Below, in pieces: positions 1 to 8,907 of a stretch of 64,000 nt of DNA (positions are counted from its first letter, which is position 1; each line of letters opens with the position of its first letter). The stretch is from an uncultured delta proteobacterium (lineage in GTDB: Bacteria > Desulfobacterota > Desulfarculia > JACQYL01 > CAWGVV01), in NCBI GenBank assembly GCA_963826125.1, contig CAWGVV010000001.1, forward strand, positions 1,232,635 through 1,296,634, written 5' to 3'. The position numbers and the translations under genes are program-made. The notes beneath the pieces are model-generated. The model worked only from the letters and a program-made list of their open reading frames with translations. It was not told the origin of the DNA and ran no database searches.

Positions 1-837
1 AGAATCGCCAGGGAGAAGGGGTTCGACTATTCGAACGTTACGGGTACCGGCCCCGGCGCGAGGATCGTGAGGGCCGACATTGAAAAGGCCATGGCCGAAC
101 CCCCCGCACCCAAGGCCGCTCCGGCGGCGGCTCCCGGAGTTGAGGGGCCGTTGTTCGAGGAAATCGAACTGAGCAAGATGCGGAAGGTCATCGCGGACCG
201 GCTGGCAGGCAGCAAACGCACCGCGCCTCATTTCTACATCGACATGACGGCCGACGCCACCATGCTGACCCGGGCGAGAAACGATCTGGTGAAGAAGTCG
301 GAGCAGTTGGGCATAAAAATCACGTTCAACGACATCATCATCAAACTCGTCTCCAGGGCGCTACTGGACTTCCCCATGGTCAACGCCAGCTTTCTGGACA
401 CCAAGATCAGGAAGCACCACGTGGTGAACATCGGGGTTGCGGTCGGCGTGGACGAGGGACTGGTGGTGCCGGTGGTGAAAAACGTCGACCGCAAGTCCAT
501 CGCCCAGATCGCCAAGGAAGTGCGGGAGTTGGCCGCGAAAGCGCGCAACAAGAAACTGCTCCCCAGCGATTACGCCGACGGCACATTCACCATCACCAAC
601 CTCGGCATGTACGGGGTGGAAACGTTCCATGCCATCATCAACCCGCCGGAAAGCGCCATCCTGGCGGTAAGTTCCATCATCAACAAGCCGGTGGCGGTCG
701 GCGACCAGGTGGTGGTGAGACCGTGTCTGACGGTGTCGCTGTCCGCCGACCACCGGATTGTGGACGGCGTCATGGCCGCACAGTTCCTGGGCAGGGTGAG
801 GGACCTCATCGAATCGCCCTTTTTAATGGTTGCATAA
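1..837 (+). CDS. 2-oxoacid dehydrogenase complex E2 (dihydrolipoamide acyltransferase), 5'-truncated at window edge
   Basis: Frame-1 translation from nt 1 (RIAREKGFDYSNVTGTGPGARIV..., a peripheral subunit-binding domain) runs into the 67..837 ORF. E2 catalytic motif DHRIVDG lies near the C-terminus. There is no in-window start. Confidence 0.85.
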   Translation, partial: RIAREKGFDYSNVTGTGPGARIVRADIEKAMAEPPAPKAAPAAAPGVEGPLFEEIELSKMRKVIADRLAGSKRTAPHFYIDMTADATMLTRARNDLVKKSEQLGIKITFNDIIIKLVSRALLDFPMVNASFLDTKIRKHHVVNIGVAVGVDEGLVVPVVKNVDRKSIAQIAKEVRELAAKARNKKLLPSDYADGTFTITNLGMYGVETFHAIINPPESAILAVSSIINKPVAVGDQVVVRPCLTVSLSADHRIVDGVMAAQFLGRVRDLIESPFLMVA

Positions 838-2047
838 CGCTTATTCATTCAGGGATGCGGCCGCTTTCACGCGCCGCATCGGGCATGGTCCGAGAGAAAA
901 GGCCTTGGGATCGGAAAACGCCAGAGACATTCTGAAAAGAATCACGGCCGCATCTCTGAATGATGCAAAAAGACTCAGTGTTACCGCGCAGATAACCTCC
1001 CATACGTTGTTGCTCACCGGAACGTCCCCCCGGCGCTTCTTCTCCGATCCCGATGTTTTCATTACCCGTCATCTGGCGGTTTCGGAGTACTACGGCCTCG
1101 ATGCTCCGTCACTGTATTACGACATGTACAACATAGAAGCGGAGGCGCTCGGGCAAAAGCTCGTCTGGCTCGACGACATGTTTCCGGAGATCGACGGAAG
1201 CGTCCACCTGATCGACGAACCGCGCACATTGGACAGACTGCGGTCGCCCGATCCCCGGAAGGACGGCAGAATGCCCTTCATCCTGGAGGTGTACAAACGA
1301 CTGGCGGACATCGGGCTGTCGCCCAAGCCCCGATTCTGTGCGCCATTCAGCCTGGCCGCCAACCTGCGGGGGCTCAACAACCTCCTTCTGGACATCCTCA
1401 TCGACCCGGAATTCGCCCACCGGCTTCTCCGTTTCGTCACCTTGGACGTTCTCGCTCCCTGGATAACGACGCTGCGGCAGGTATGCGGCCCGAACGCGTT
1501 CGCGCTGGGCGCCGATGCGTTGGCGTCCCTGCCCATCACCAACCTGGAGGTCATCAGGGAATACGCACTTGCGTACACCCTCCGGTTGAGGGAAGCTGTG
1601 GGCAGCGTGGGAGTGGGGGCATGGTGGGGCGAACGGTTTCTCAAAGACCCGAGGGAGTTGTTTGCCATGAAGGTGCAGGCCAACCCGGGGCAACTGAAAG
1701 GGTACGACCCAGACGTCCACGCAGTGGGGCCGGAAGCGTTCGCCGCGTTTGCAAAGGAACACGGCTGCGCGATCAGCCTGGGCGTGGAGAGCCTCTTCCT
1801 GCGCAACGGGCCGGCCGAAGCCGTCGTGGACAGGGTGAGGAGTTACGTGGAGGCGATGGATTCCTTTTCCACCGCGAACCTCTTTCTCAACGAAGTAAGC
1901 AGGGAATGCCCGCCGGAACACGTTCACGCGGCGATACAAGCCGCGAAATACTTCCGGAAAGACCAGAATTCGCGGACCGGCCGTTTTGCATTCCGGCCGG
2001 TCGAACCGTTTGATCGATGGGCCGAGGCGCACGGAGTGTTTTCCTGA
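830..2047 (+). CDS. Uroporphyrinogen-decarboxylase (URO-D)-like / MtaA-CmuA-family protein; start uncertain
   Basis: 405-aa ORF with overall URO-D-fold-like composition. It overlaps the E2 stop by 8 nt. No sharper family assignment is possible by eye. Confidence 0.45.
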   Translation: MHNAYSFRDAAAFTRRIGHGPREKALGSENARDILKRITAASLNDAKRLSVTAQITSHTLLLTGTSPRRFFSDPDVFITRHLAVSEYYGLDAPSLYYDMYNIEAEALGQKLVWLDDMFPEIDGSVHLIDEPRTLDRLRSPDPRKDGRMPFILEVYKRLADIGLSPKPRFCAPFSLAANLRGLNNLLLDILIDPEFAHRLLRFVTLDVLAPWITTLRQVCGPNAFALGADALASLPITNLEVIREYALAYTLRLREAVGSVGVGAWWGERFLKDPRELFAMKVQANPGQLKGYDPDVHAVGPEAFAAFAKEHGCAISLGVESLFLRNGPAEAVVDRVRSYVEAMDSFSTANLFLNEVSRECPPEHVHAAIQAAKYFRKDQNSRTGRFAFRPVEPFDRWAEAHGVFS

Positions 2048-2117
2048 ACCGCGCGCCTCTTCCCCCTTCGATTTTTTTCATCCGGCTAACTTTTCTCGCA
2101 AGGCGGAGGGTAGGAAT

Positions 2118-3686
2118 ATGAGCGGCAAGAAGCTTTTAGCGGGTATCGATGCGGGAACGACCGGCAGTACGGTGATGATCGCCGATACCGACGGAAACGT
2201 GATCGGAACGGCCTATCGGGAGTACCCGTGCGTATTTCCCCATCCCGGATGGGTGGAGCAGGAAATGGAAATCATGTGGTCCCGCATCTGCGAGGCGAGC
2301 CGGGAAGTGATCGCCAAAACGGGGGTGGACCCGAAAGACATCGCATCGGTCGGGTTTTCCAGCCAGCGCGGGACGTTCATCTGCGTGGACAAGGACATGA
2401 AGCCGCTGGCCAATTCCATCGTGTGGTCGTGCGGGCGCGCCGGGGAGGAACTGAAGTGGATCGAGCAGAATCTGGGAGCCGACCGTTTCCACGACATCAG
2501 CGGCGTAACCCTTTCCGCCATGTGGTCCTACGCCAAGATGAAATGGCTGGTTGACAGAAGGCCCAATCTTCTCGAAAAGACCCATCTGATCCTCAATGGA
2601 CAGGAGTTCTTCCTGCACAAATTCGGCGCCGAGGACCTGGGATCGGACCCCGCATCCCTCACCCTGAACGGCATGCTCGACATCGCCAATCTCACCTGGT
2701 CGGAAGAGTTGTGCAATTTGATCAAACTCCCCTTATGCAAGCTGCCTCCGGTAAAGACGCCCGCCCGCCAGGTGGGCACGGTGTCCAAAAAAGCCGCCGA
2801 GGAGTCCGGGTTCGCCGAAGGGATGCCGATCTGCGTCGGAGCCGGCGACCAGCAGTGCGCAGCCATCGGCGCCGGCGTGATACGGGAAGGGCTGGCGGAA
2901 ATCACCATCGGCACCGCATCGGTCATGGTGGCCCACATCGATTCGCGCAAGCCCGACCCCAAGCACCTGGTCCTGATGGGTGGTTCCGGTATTCCCCATA
3001 AATGGGACATGGAAGGGCTGGCCTTCGCCACCGGCGTGTGTTTGCGCTGGTGGAGGGATACCTACGCCCAAGTCGAAGCGCAGGCCGCCAAGCAATTGGG
3101 ATTGGACACCTACGATCTCATCGGCGCCCAGGCCGCATCCGCCCCCGTGGGCTGCAAGGGATACATTTTCTTCCCCTTCTTCACCGGACAGGTGACCCCA
3201 TACTACGCGGATAACGCGCGCGGAGGCACCCTCGGCCTGTCCCTCATTCACGACCGCGGGATGATGGCGCGGTCCATCATGGAAGGCGGGGCCTACGAAT
3301 TGAGGATGATCGTGGAGGCCATGGAAGAGGTGCTGGGCAAGCCCTTCGAGAGCATCCGGCTTTCCGGCGGCGGCGCCAAGTCTCCCCTGTGGAACCAGAT
3401 TCAGGCGGACGTGTACGGCCGTCCCGTGGAACGGCTGAAGGTGTCCGAATGCACCACGCTGGGAGCGACCATATTGGGGGCCGCGGGAGCGGGTGTGTTC
3501 GGGTCGGTGGAAGAGGCCGTGCAGAGCATGGTCCACCCCATGGACTCCATCGAACCGAACATGGCGAACCACGAAATATACAACGACGTTTTCGACGTGT
3601 TCAAGTCGACGTTCCTCGCCTTGAGGGACGCCGGGGTGTACGACAAACTCGTGGCCATGCAGAACAAGCACTGGGGCGGGAAGTAA
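2118..3686 (+). CDS. FGGY-family carbohydrate kinase (xylulokinase/ribulokinase-like), 522 aa
   Basis: N-terminus MSGKKLLAGIDAGTTGSTV is an FGGY phosphate-1 motif, preceded by a GGAGGG RBS. The C-terminal FGGY_C domain is present, and the GGGAKS-like motif reads LSGGGAKSPLWNQI. Confidence 0.8.
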   Translation: MSGKKLLAGIDAGTTGSTVMIADTDGNVIGTAYREYPCVFPHPGWVEQEMEIMWSRICEASREVIAKTGVDPKDIASVGFSSQRGTFICVDKDMKPLANSIVWSCGRAGEELKWIEQNLGADRFHDISGVTLSAMWSYAKMKWLVDRRPNLLEKTHLILNGQEFFLHKFGAEDLGSDPASLTLNGMLDIANLTWSEELCNLIKLPLCKLPPVKTPARQVGTVSKKAAEESGFAEGMPICVGAGDQQCAAIGAGVIREGLAEITIGTASVMVAHIDSRKPDPKHLVLMGGSGIPHKWDMEGLAFATGVCLRWWRDTYAQVEAQAAKQLGLDTYDLIGAQAASAPVGCKGYIFFPFFTGQVTPYYADNARGGTLGLSLIHDRGMMARSIMEGGAYELRMIVEAMEEVLGKPFESIRLSGGGAKSPLWNQIQADVYGRPVERLKVSECTTLGATILGAAGAGVFGSVEEAVQSMVHPMDSIEPNMANHEIYNDVFDVFKSTFLALRDAGVYDKLVAMQNKHWGGK

Positions 3687-3707
3687 GTTCTCGTTCGTGC
3701 GGTGAGA

Positions 3708-3751
3708 CATCTTCCCTCCCCCGGCCCCTCCTCCGAGCGGGAGGGGAGATG
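3708..3751 (+). terminator. Long imperfect GC-rich palindrome downstream of the FGGY kinase (terminator- or REP-like hairpin, no U-tract)
   Basis: Left arm CATCTTCCCTCCC, 18-nt spacer, right arm GGGAGGGGAGATG, giving a 13-bp stem with one mismatch about 20 nt after the stop at 3686. Confidence 0.3.
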
Positions 3752-3939
3752 TTAATACCCATTGGAAAGAGAAGCAGTATAGATTCCTCCCCCGAAGGTG
3801 TCTAAAACTTCCTGAAGCCCCCCTTTCCAAAGGGGGACTTTATTGTCCGGTTTCATTCCACTGCCGTTACGGAGTGGGAGCGCCGGGTTTCCATGCGAGC
3901 TTTAATGCCTGCCGAGGGCGGGTCAGGGTGGGGACAACT

Positions 3940-4680
3940 ATGAAAATTGCGGCAGCTCAGATACGGCTCCGTTCCGGGGTGGAAAAAAACCTGGCGAACA
4001 TTCTCCACTGGCTGGAACGAGCGGCTTACGAAAACGTAGACATCGTAAATTTCCCGGAAACGAGCCTGAGCGGGTACGTCTACGATGCATTCCTCGGACT
4101 GAACGACGACGAGATATATCAGGCGCTGGACACCATCAAGTCACGCGTGAAGGAGTTGGGCATCAACGCCGTGGTCGGGACACCGTGGCGCATCGGGAAG
4201 GAACTGTACAACAGCGTGGCGGTGCTTCTGGCCGACGGAAACGTGTTCTTCTATCATAAACGGAACCTGGTGGAGCCGTTCGAAACGAAGTACTTCGCGC
4301 CGGGCACGGAAAGTCTGGTCTTCTCCCTGGATTCGTTCACTTTCGGCACCATCGTATGCAGGGACCAGAACTCCGCGCCGCAGATCAGCGAGATCAGGAA
4401 AAAGGGCGCGGACGTGCTCTTCATCTCCTGCGCCCATTTCTATCCTCCCAACATCGCGCGGCTGAAGGTGGAGAAAAACCGGGCGCTCCCCATTGTCCGG
4501 GCGTACGAAAACAAGATGTTCGTCTGCAAGGCGAACGCGCTCGGCACCATCCGGGGGGAAATCAACCTCGGACACAGTTTGATCGTGGCGCCGAACGGCG
4601 TGGTGATTGCGGAGGGTGACGAATCGAACGAAACACTGCTCACCTACGAGATCAACCGCCGCACCGATTGGGCGTGGTGA
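3940..4680 (+). CDS. Carbon-nitrogen hydrolase (nitrilase superfamily amidase)
   Basis: MKIAAAQIRL... N-terminus. E-K-C triad context is NFPETS, YHKRN, GTIVCRDQN. 246 aa. Confidence 0.75.
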   Translation: MKIAAAQIRLRSGVEKNLANILHWLERAAYENVDIVNFPETSLSGYVYDAFLGLNDDEIYQALDTIKSRVKELGINAVVGTPWRIGKELYNSVAVLLADGNVFFYHKRNLVEPFETKYFAPGTESLVFSLDSFTFGTIVCRDQNSAPQISEIRKKGADVLFISCAHFYPPNIARLKVEKNRALPIVRAYENKMFVCKANALGTIRGEINLGHSLIVAPNGVVIAEGDESNETLLTYEINRRTDWAW

Positions 4681-4743
4681 GACTGCATCCACAGCCGCTG
4701 TCTTCCCGAGATTTCTCCGTCGCTTCGCGCAGAAAATCCCCTC

Positions 4744-6300
4744 TCACCCCCCCTCGGCCATGTGGGCCGTCATCTCGCGCATGAGTCCGCCCAGCCGGTC
4801 GTACGTCTTTATGTACGATTCCAGGTAAAACGCATACTCCTCGTGATGCTCGCGTATGGGCTCCACTCGATCCCGGATTTTCACCATGCGTCCCGCCGCC
4901 TCCCGAACGTCGGGATACAACCCCGCGGCCACGGCTGCCAATATTGCCGACCCCAGCAGCGGCGCATCCTGCACCCGCGGGATGTGGATGGGGACGTTGC
5001 TCACGTCGGAATGCATCTGCATCCAGAGCCTGCTCCTGGTCGGGCCGCCGCAGGCGTAAATGTCCTGCACCTCGTACCCCGCGTCCCTGAACTGGCGGAA
5101 GATAAACTCGGTTCCGTAGCATATCCCTTCCAGGATGGCCCGGTACACATGCTCGGGCCGATGGTGGAGCGAAAGCCCCCACACGGCGCCGCGCAGGGTG
5201 GGGTCCACCAGCGGCGTCCGGTTCCCCTGAAACGAGTCGAGCACGATGAGCCCGGCCGATCCGATGGGCACCCCGAACGCCAGTTCCTCCATGTGCTCGT
5301 ACAGGTTTTTCTTCCTGTCCGCGGCCTCGGTGCACTGAAAACCGAGGAAATGGGTTTCGAACCATTTCACGATGGAACCGGTGGAAATCTGGCCGCCTTC
5401 CACCGTGTACAAACCGTCGACGACGGCGTTGGGATACGTGCCGAAAATGCCCTTCCGGTGAAACGGCGTGCGGGACAAGCCCAGATGGAGGTGTGACGAT
5501 CCGGTGATGAAGGCGAGCCTTCCCGGCTCCACCACGTTGAGCCCCAGCATGGCCACGAACGCGTCGGCACCGCCTTCCGCCACCACCGTGTCGGGCCTCA
5601 ACCCCAATTCCCGGGCGACTTCCGGCTTCAACGTTCCCACCGTGCTTTCCATTTTGAGGACGTCGCGGGGGAATTTGTCCAAAACGTCCGCCAGCCCGAG
5701 GGTTTCATAGAAAGAAGCCGGGAAGCCCCCTTCCCCGTCGTCGTAATACCATCTGATGGAAGCGTTGTTGATGCTGGCCGTCTTGCGGCCGGTGAGCCGG
5801 TAATTGATGAAATCGAGGTACTCGCACACCGTGGCGGCCTTGCGGTAATGCTCCGGCTCGTTGTTTTTCACCCACAGCGCCTTGCAGGGCATCCATTCGG
5901 CGGAAACGTTGCCGTAGCCATTGTACTTGAGCGACGCGTGGCCTGTGGACGCAATCAACTGCGCCTCGCGGGAAGCCCGCACGTCCATCCACAGGAGAGC
6001 GTTGCGGACCGGGTTCATGTTTTCGTCCAGAAAAACCACGGTACAACTCGTCGCGTCCAGGCACAGACCCTTGATGGCCTCAGGGGAAACCCCGGATTCG
6101 CGGACCAGGCCGGCAATCGTCTTCTTGAGGCACGCCCACCATTCCTCCGGGTCCTGCTCGGCCCAGCCCGACTTGAGGAAGTGGGTCTTGTAGGGGGTGC
6201 TGTTCACGGCGACCGGATTGCCCTCGGGGTCGAATATGCCCGCGCGGAGGGATTCGGTGCCGCCGTCGATGCCGATCACGAAGGGGCCGTCGTTCTTCAT
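4744..6300 (-). CDS. FGGY-family carbohydrate kinase (pentulose/ribulokinase-like), 518 aa
   Basis: MKNDGPFVIGIDGGTESLRAGIFD is an FGGY N-terminal motif. The start overlaps the upstream flavoprotein stop (ATGA). Confidence 0.8.
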   Translation of the reverse strand: MKNDGPFVIGIDGGTESLRAGIFDPEGNPVAVNSTPYKTHFLKSGWAEQDPEEWWACLKKTIAGLVRESGVSPEAIKGLCLDATSCTVVFLDENMNPVRNALLWMDVRASREAQLIASTGHASLKYNGYGNVSAEWMPCKALWVKNNEPEHYRKAATVCEYLDFINYRLTGRKTASINNASIRWYYDDGEGGFPASFYETLGLADVLDKFPRDVLKMESTVGTLKPEVARELGLRPDTVVAEGGADAFVAMLGLNVVEPGRLAFITGSSHLHLGLSRTPFHRKGIFGTYPNAVVDGLYTVEGGQISTGSIVKWFETHFLGFQCTEAADRKKNLYEHMEELAFGVPIGSAGLIVLDSFQGNRTPLVDPTLRGAVWGLSLHHRPEHVYRAILEGICYGTEFIFRQFRDAGYEVQDIYACGGPTRSRLWMQMHSDVSNVPIHIPRVQDAPLLGSAILAAVAAGLYPDVREAAGRMVKIRDRVEPIREHHEEYAFYLESYIKTYDRLGGLMREMTAHMAEGG

Positions 6301-6887
6301 CGGGGCTCTCCCGAGGGTCGGAGGTTTTTCATAACGCGCGCCATATTGTCCGCAAAACGGCGTATGGTGGCAATCCCTTCGGCGTCCTCCTCCACATCCT
6401 TTTTCCCGCCGGAGCCGCCGAACCCTATGTTCCAGTACGTGGAGCCCACCACGATCATGTCGTTGATGCAGTACCAGAGGAGGAGTTGGGCCAGAGTGAA
6501 ATTGTGCCCCGCCCTGCGCGCGACCACGATGGGCGCTCCGACTTTTCCCGAAAAATACTGCTTGGTCTGCCGCTGGACGTACGCGGCCCGGTCGAGGAGG
6601 CTCATAATTTGCGGCGTGGCGCTGCCGAAATAGACGGGGGAACCGACGATGATCCCTTCGGCCGCCTTCATTTTGGCGAAGACGGGTTCGAAATCGTCAT
6701 CCTTGATGGCGCATTCCAACTCTTTTTTACAGCGAAGGCATCCGTTGCAGGGCTGGATGTTCAATGCGGAGAGATGAATCAGCTCGGTTTCGATGCCTTC
6801 TTCCCGAAGGACTTCCAATGCCTGATTCACCAGGAACGTGGTGTTGCCGTTCTTGCGGGGAGAGCCGACGATACCGATCGCTTTCAT
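6297..6887 (-). CDS. Flavodoxin-like fold NAD(P)H-dependent FMN reductase / iron-sulfur flavoprotein
   Basis: MKAIGIVGSPRKNGNTTFLV... matches the NADPH-dependent FMN reductase signature. A CxxC...C cluster (CNGCLRCKKELEC) is present. 196 aa. Confidence 0.75.
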   Translation of the reverse strand: MKAIGIVGSPRKNGNTTFLVNQALEVLREEGIETELIHLSALNIQPCNGCLRCKKELECAIKDDDFEPVFAKMKAAEGIIVGSPVYFGSATPQIMSLLDRAAYVQRQTKQYFSGKVGAPIVVARRAGHNFTLAQLLLWYCINDMIVVGSTYWNIGFGGSGGKKDVEEDAEGIATIRRFADNMARVMKNLRPSGEPR

Positions 6888-6951
6888 CCCTTTCCTCCCG
6901 ACGGGTGAGACGACGAACGCTTAACGGCACAGGACTGTTTTCAGGACGCGG

Positions 6952-7398
6952 TCACTTGACCGTGATGCACGTACACTCGGCGATGTGGCACACCTTATTG
7001 GACACACTCCCCATGAGGAGCCCCTTGAGGTCCCCGAGGCCGCGGCTGCCGATGATGATGGAGTCCACATTGTTGTTTTTGGCGTATTCGACGATTTTGT
7101 TCGCCGGCTCGCCCGTCTCGATTACTTTGTATACCTTGCACACGCCATTTTCCCGGGCGACGGCTTCCGCCTTGTCGAGAATTTTTTCGCCGATCCGGTT
7201 CAGGATGACGTATTCGGCGGGTTCCTCGATCTTCTCCGACTCCATGTATTGCTTCAGCTCGTTGGAAACATCCACCTTTTGCACGATATGCAAAAGGTAT
7301 ATTTCGCACCCGTGTTTGGACGCCAGTTCCGCTGCGTATTCCACCGCCTTGAGGGAGTGCTCCGAACCGTCCACCGCGACAAGAATCTTTTGTAACAT
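6952..7398 (-). CDS. Universal stress protein (UspA family)
   Basis: MLQKILVAVDGSEHSLKAV... with the C-terminal GSRGLGDLKGLLMGSVSNKV ATP-binding motif. 148 aa. Confidence 0.85.
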   Translation of the reverse strand: MLQKILVAVDGSEHSLKAVEYAAELASKHGCEIYLLHIVQKVDVSNELKQYMESEKIEEPAEYVILNRIGEKILDKAEAVARENGVCKVYKVIETGEPANKIVEYAKNNNVDSIIIGSRGLGDLKGLLMGSVSNKVCHIAECTCITVK

Positions 7399-7451
7399 AG
7401 CATTCTCCTTTGAGCACCATGGGGCACGTCGGCGCGTGCCTGCTCGGAGCT

Positions 7452-7498
7452 AAAAAAAACGTATCCCGGGATAAGTGCGGGGGAATTTCTTCCCCCGC
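7452..7498 (-). terminator. Putative intrinsic terminator after the transaldolase gene
   Basis: On the minus strand there is a 9-bp GC stem GCGGGGGAA/TTCCCCCGC with a 4-nt loop, then the palindrome TATCCCGGGATA, then TTTTTTTT. Confidence 0.4.
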
Positions 7499-7683
7499 GT
7501 CCCCTGCGTGAGATTTCTCGCTGCGCTCGAGATGATAAGCACTTGCATACCAGTATTATTATACCAATAACTTAACATTTTTGAGGGAGGGCATGGGAGG
7601 GAACTTTTTTTAAAAAGATCCCCCCCAACAAGCTACTCCGGCTTTCGCCGGGGTGACGGTTCGGGTCGTTGCTCCGGCTTGCC

Positions 7684-8880
7684 CTACCCGCAATAGGCGG
7701 CGACGCGTTTTGCCACGAAGTCGACGAAGTTCTGGGTAGCCCCGCTGAACTGTTTTGCCGTTTCCACCAGCGCCGGATGGGTGTTGAACTCCTCCGGGGT
7801 GTAGCCGTCTTCGGCCATGCCGCGTTCGAAGTACGGCAACCGCATGAGTTTGTCCATCACCTCGGTCGGAATCGGGTCGTGCACCTGGTTGCTGAAGGTG
7901 AGGTGGTTGCCGTCCTTTAACAGACCTTCGATATACGGCGGCGGGCAGGTGTACACGATGTCCGCGCCGGCAACCTTCTCCACGTGCCAGCTTCTCAGCT
8001 CCCCGTTCACCGTCGGGCTCATGCGCATTGAGCAAAGCAGCATCTTGCCCTGATAATCGTCGTTCTGTTCCACCAGCAGGCAGGCCTTCTTAAATATGGC
8101 GATCTCGGCCCAGCGCACGTCCGCTTCCGACAGCTCGATATCCTTGGCCTGGGCTTCTTTCTTCAGATCGCCCAGCGTCCCGTACCGCGCGCTCATGGCA
8201 GTGATCACCGACCGCCACTTGGACAAGTCCACGCCGTTCCTGCGGGCTTCTTTCAGTCCCTCGGTTACCGCGTTCATGCAGGCCACGAACTGCGGGATGA
8301 TAAAACTGAGCGTGTTGTTGGTGGGGATTCCCTTGGCCGTCAGCCGCCTGATGACTTCGTATCCTTCGGCCGTGCCCGGCACTTTCACCATCACGTTGGG
8401 GGAAATGGAATGGATTTCCACCCCCTGCGCTTCCATCTGGTCCACGTCGTGCCGCACCCGCGGGTCCGTCTGGCCCGAGATATAGCCGAACTGATACTTG
8501 GATGCATTGAACACCGGCAGGTAGGTCTCGGCGCCGCGCTTGACGATCTCTTTGTACGTCTGCCAGAACACCATCTCGACGTCCGTGCAACGGTCCTTCT
8601 TGATCGAAGCGTCGATCCACTTTGCCCAGTATTCCGGATTGTCCTTGATGGCCGCGTACGACAGCGGCGGGTTGGTGGTCACGCCCCGGAAGAGGTTCTC
8701 AGTCGGTGCGTTCTTTTCGCTGTACATGCGATCGAGCCACCCTTCCATCTCGGTCTTGTCCTTGGCGTCCTTCATCATCTGCGCCCGCCAGTTCGGGAAG
8801 ACCAGAGGTGACGAATCCCACCATATTTCCGCCTTCGGGTTCACTTCCCAGAGTCGTTCCACTACACTCTTGCTCGCCAT
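7684..8880 (-). CDS. Transaldolase-family protein (long form, 398 aa)
   Basis: Central block MVKVPGTAEGYEVIRRLTAKGIPTNNTLSFIIPQFVACMNA matches the transaldolase active-site region (KIPxT...GI.xN.TLxFS..Q). Confidence 0.7.
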   Translation of the reverse strand: MASKSVVERLWEVNPKAEIWWDSSPLVFPNWRAQMMKDAKDKTEMEGWLDRMYSEKNAPTENLFRGVTTNPPLSYAAIKDNPEYWAKWIDASIKKDRCTDVEMVFWQTYKEIVKRGAETYLPVFNASKYQFGYISGQTDPRVRHDVDQMEAQGVEIHSISPNVMVKVPGTAEGYEVIRRLTAKGIPTNNTLSFIIPQFVACMNAVTEGLKEARRNGVDLSKWRSVITAMSARYGTLGDLKKEAQAKDIELSEADVRWAEIAIFKKACLLVEQNDDYQGKMLLCSMRMSPTVNGELRSWHVEKVAGADIVYTCPPPYIEGLLKDGNHLTFSNQVHDPIPTEVMDKLMRLPYFERGMAEDGYTPEEFNTHPALVETAKQFSGATQNFVDFVAKRVAAYCG

Positions 8881-8907
8881 TCCGTAGTTCCTCCGCTCGC
8901 TGAAATG

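Noticed and set aside
7541-7560. GCAC-TTGCA σ54-like fragment upstream of usp
   Set aside because: The spacing between the −24 and −12 elements is wrong (0 nt instead of about 5).
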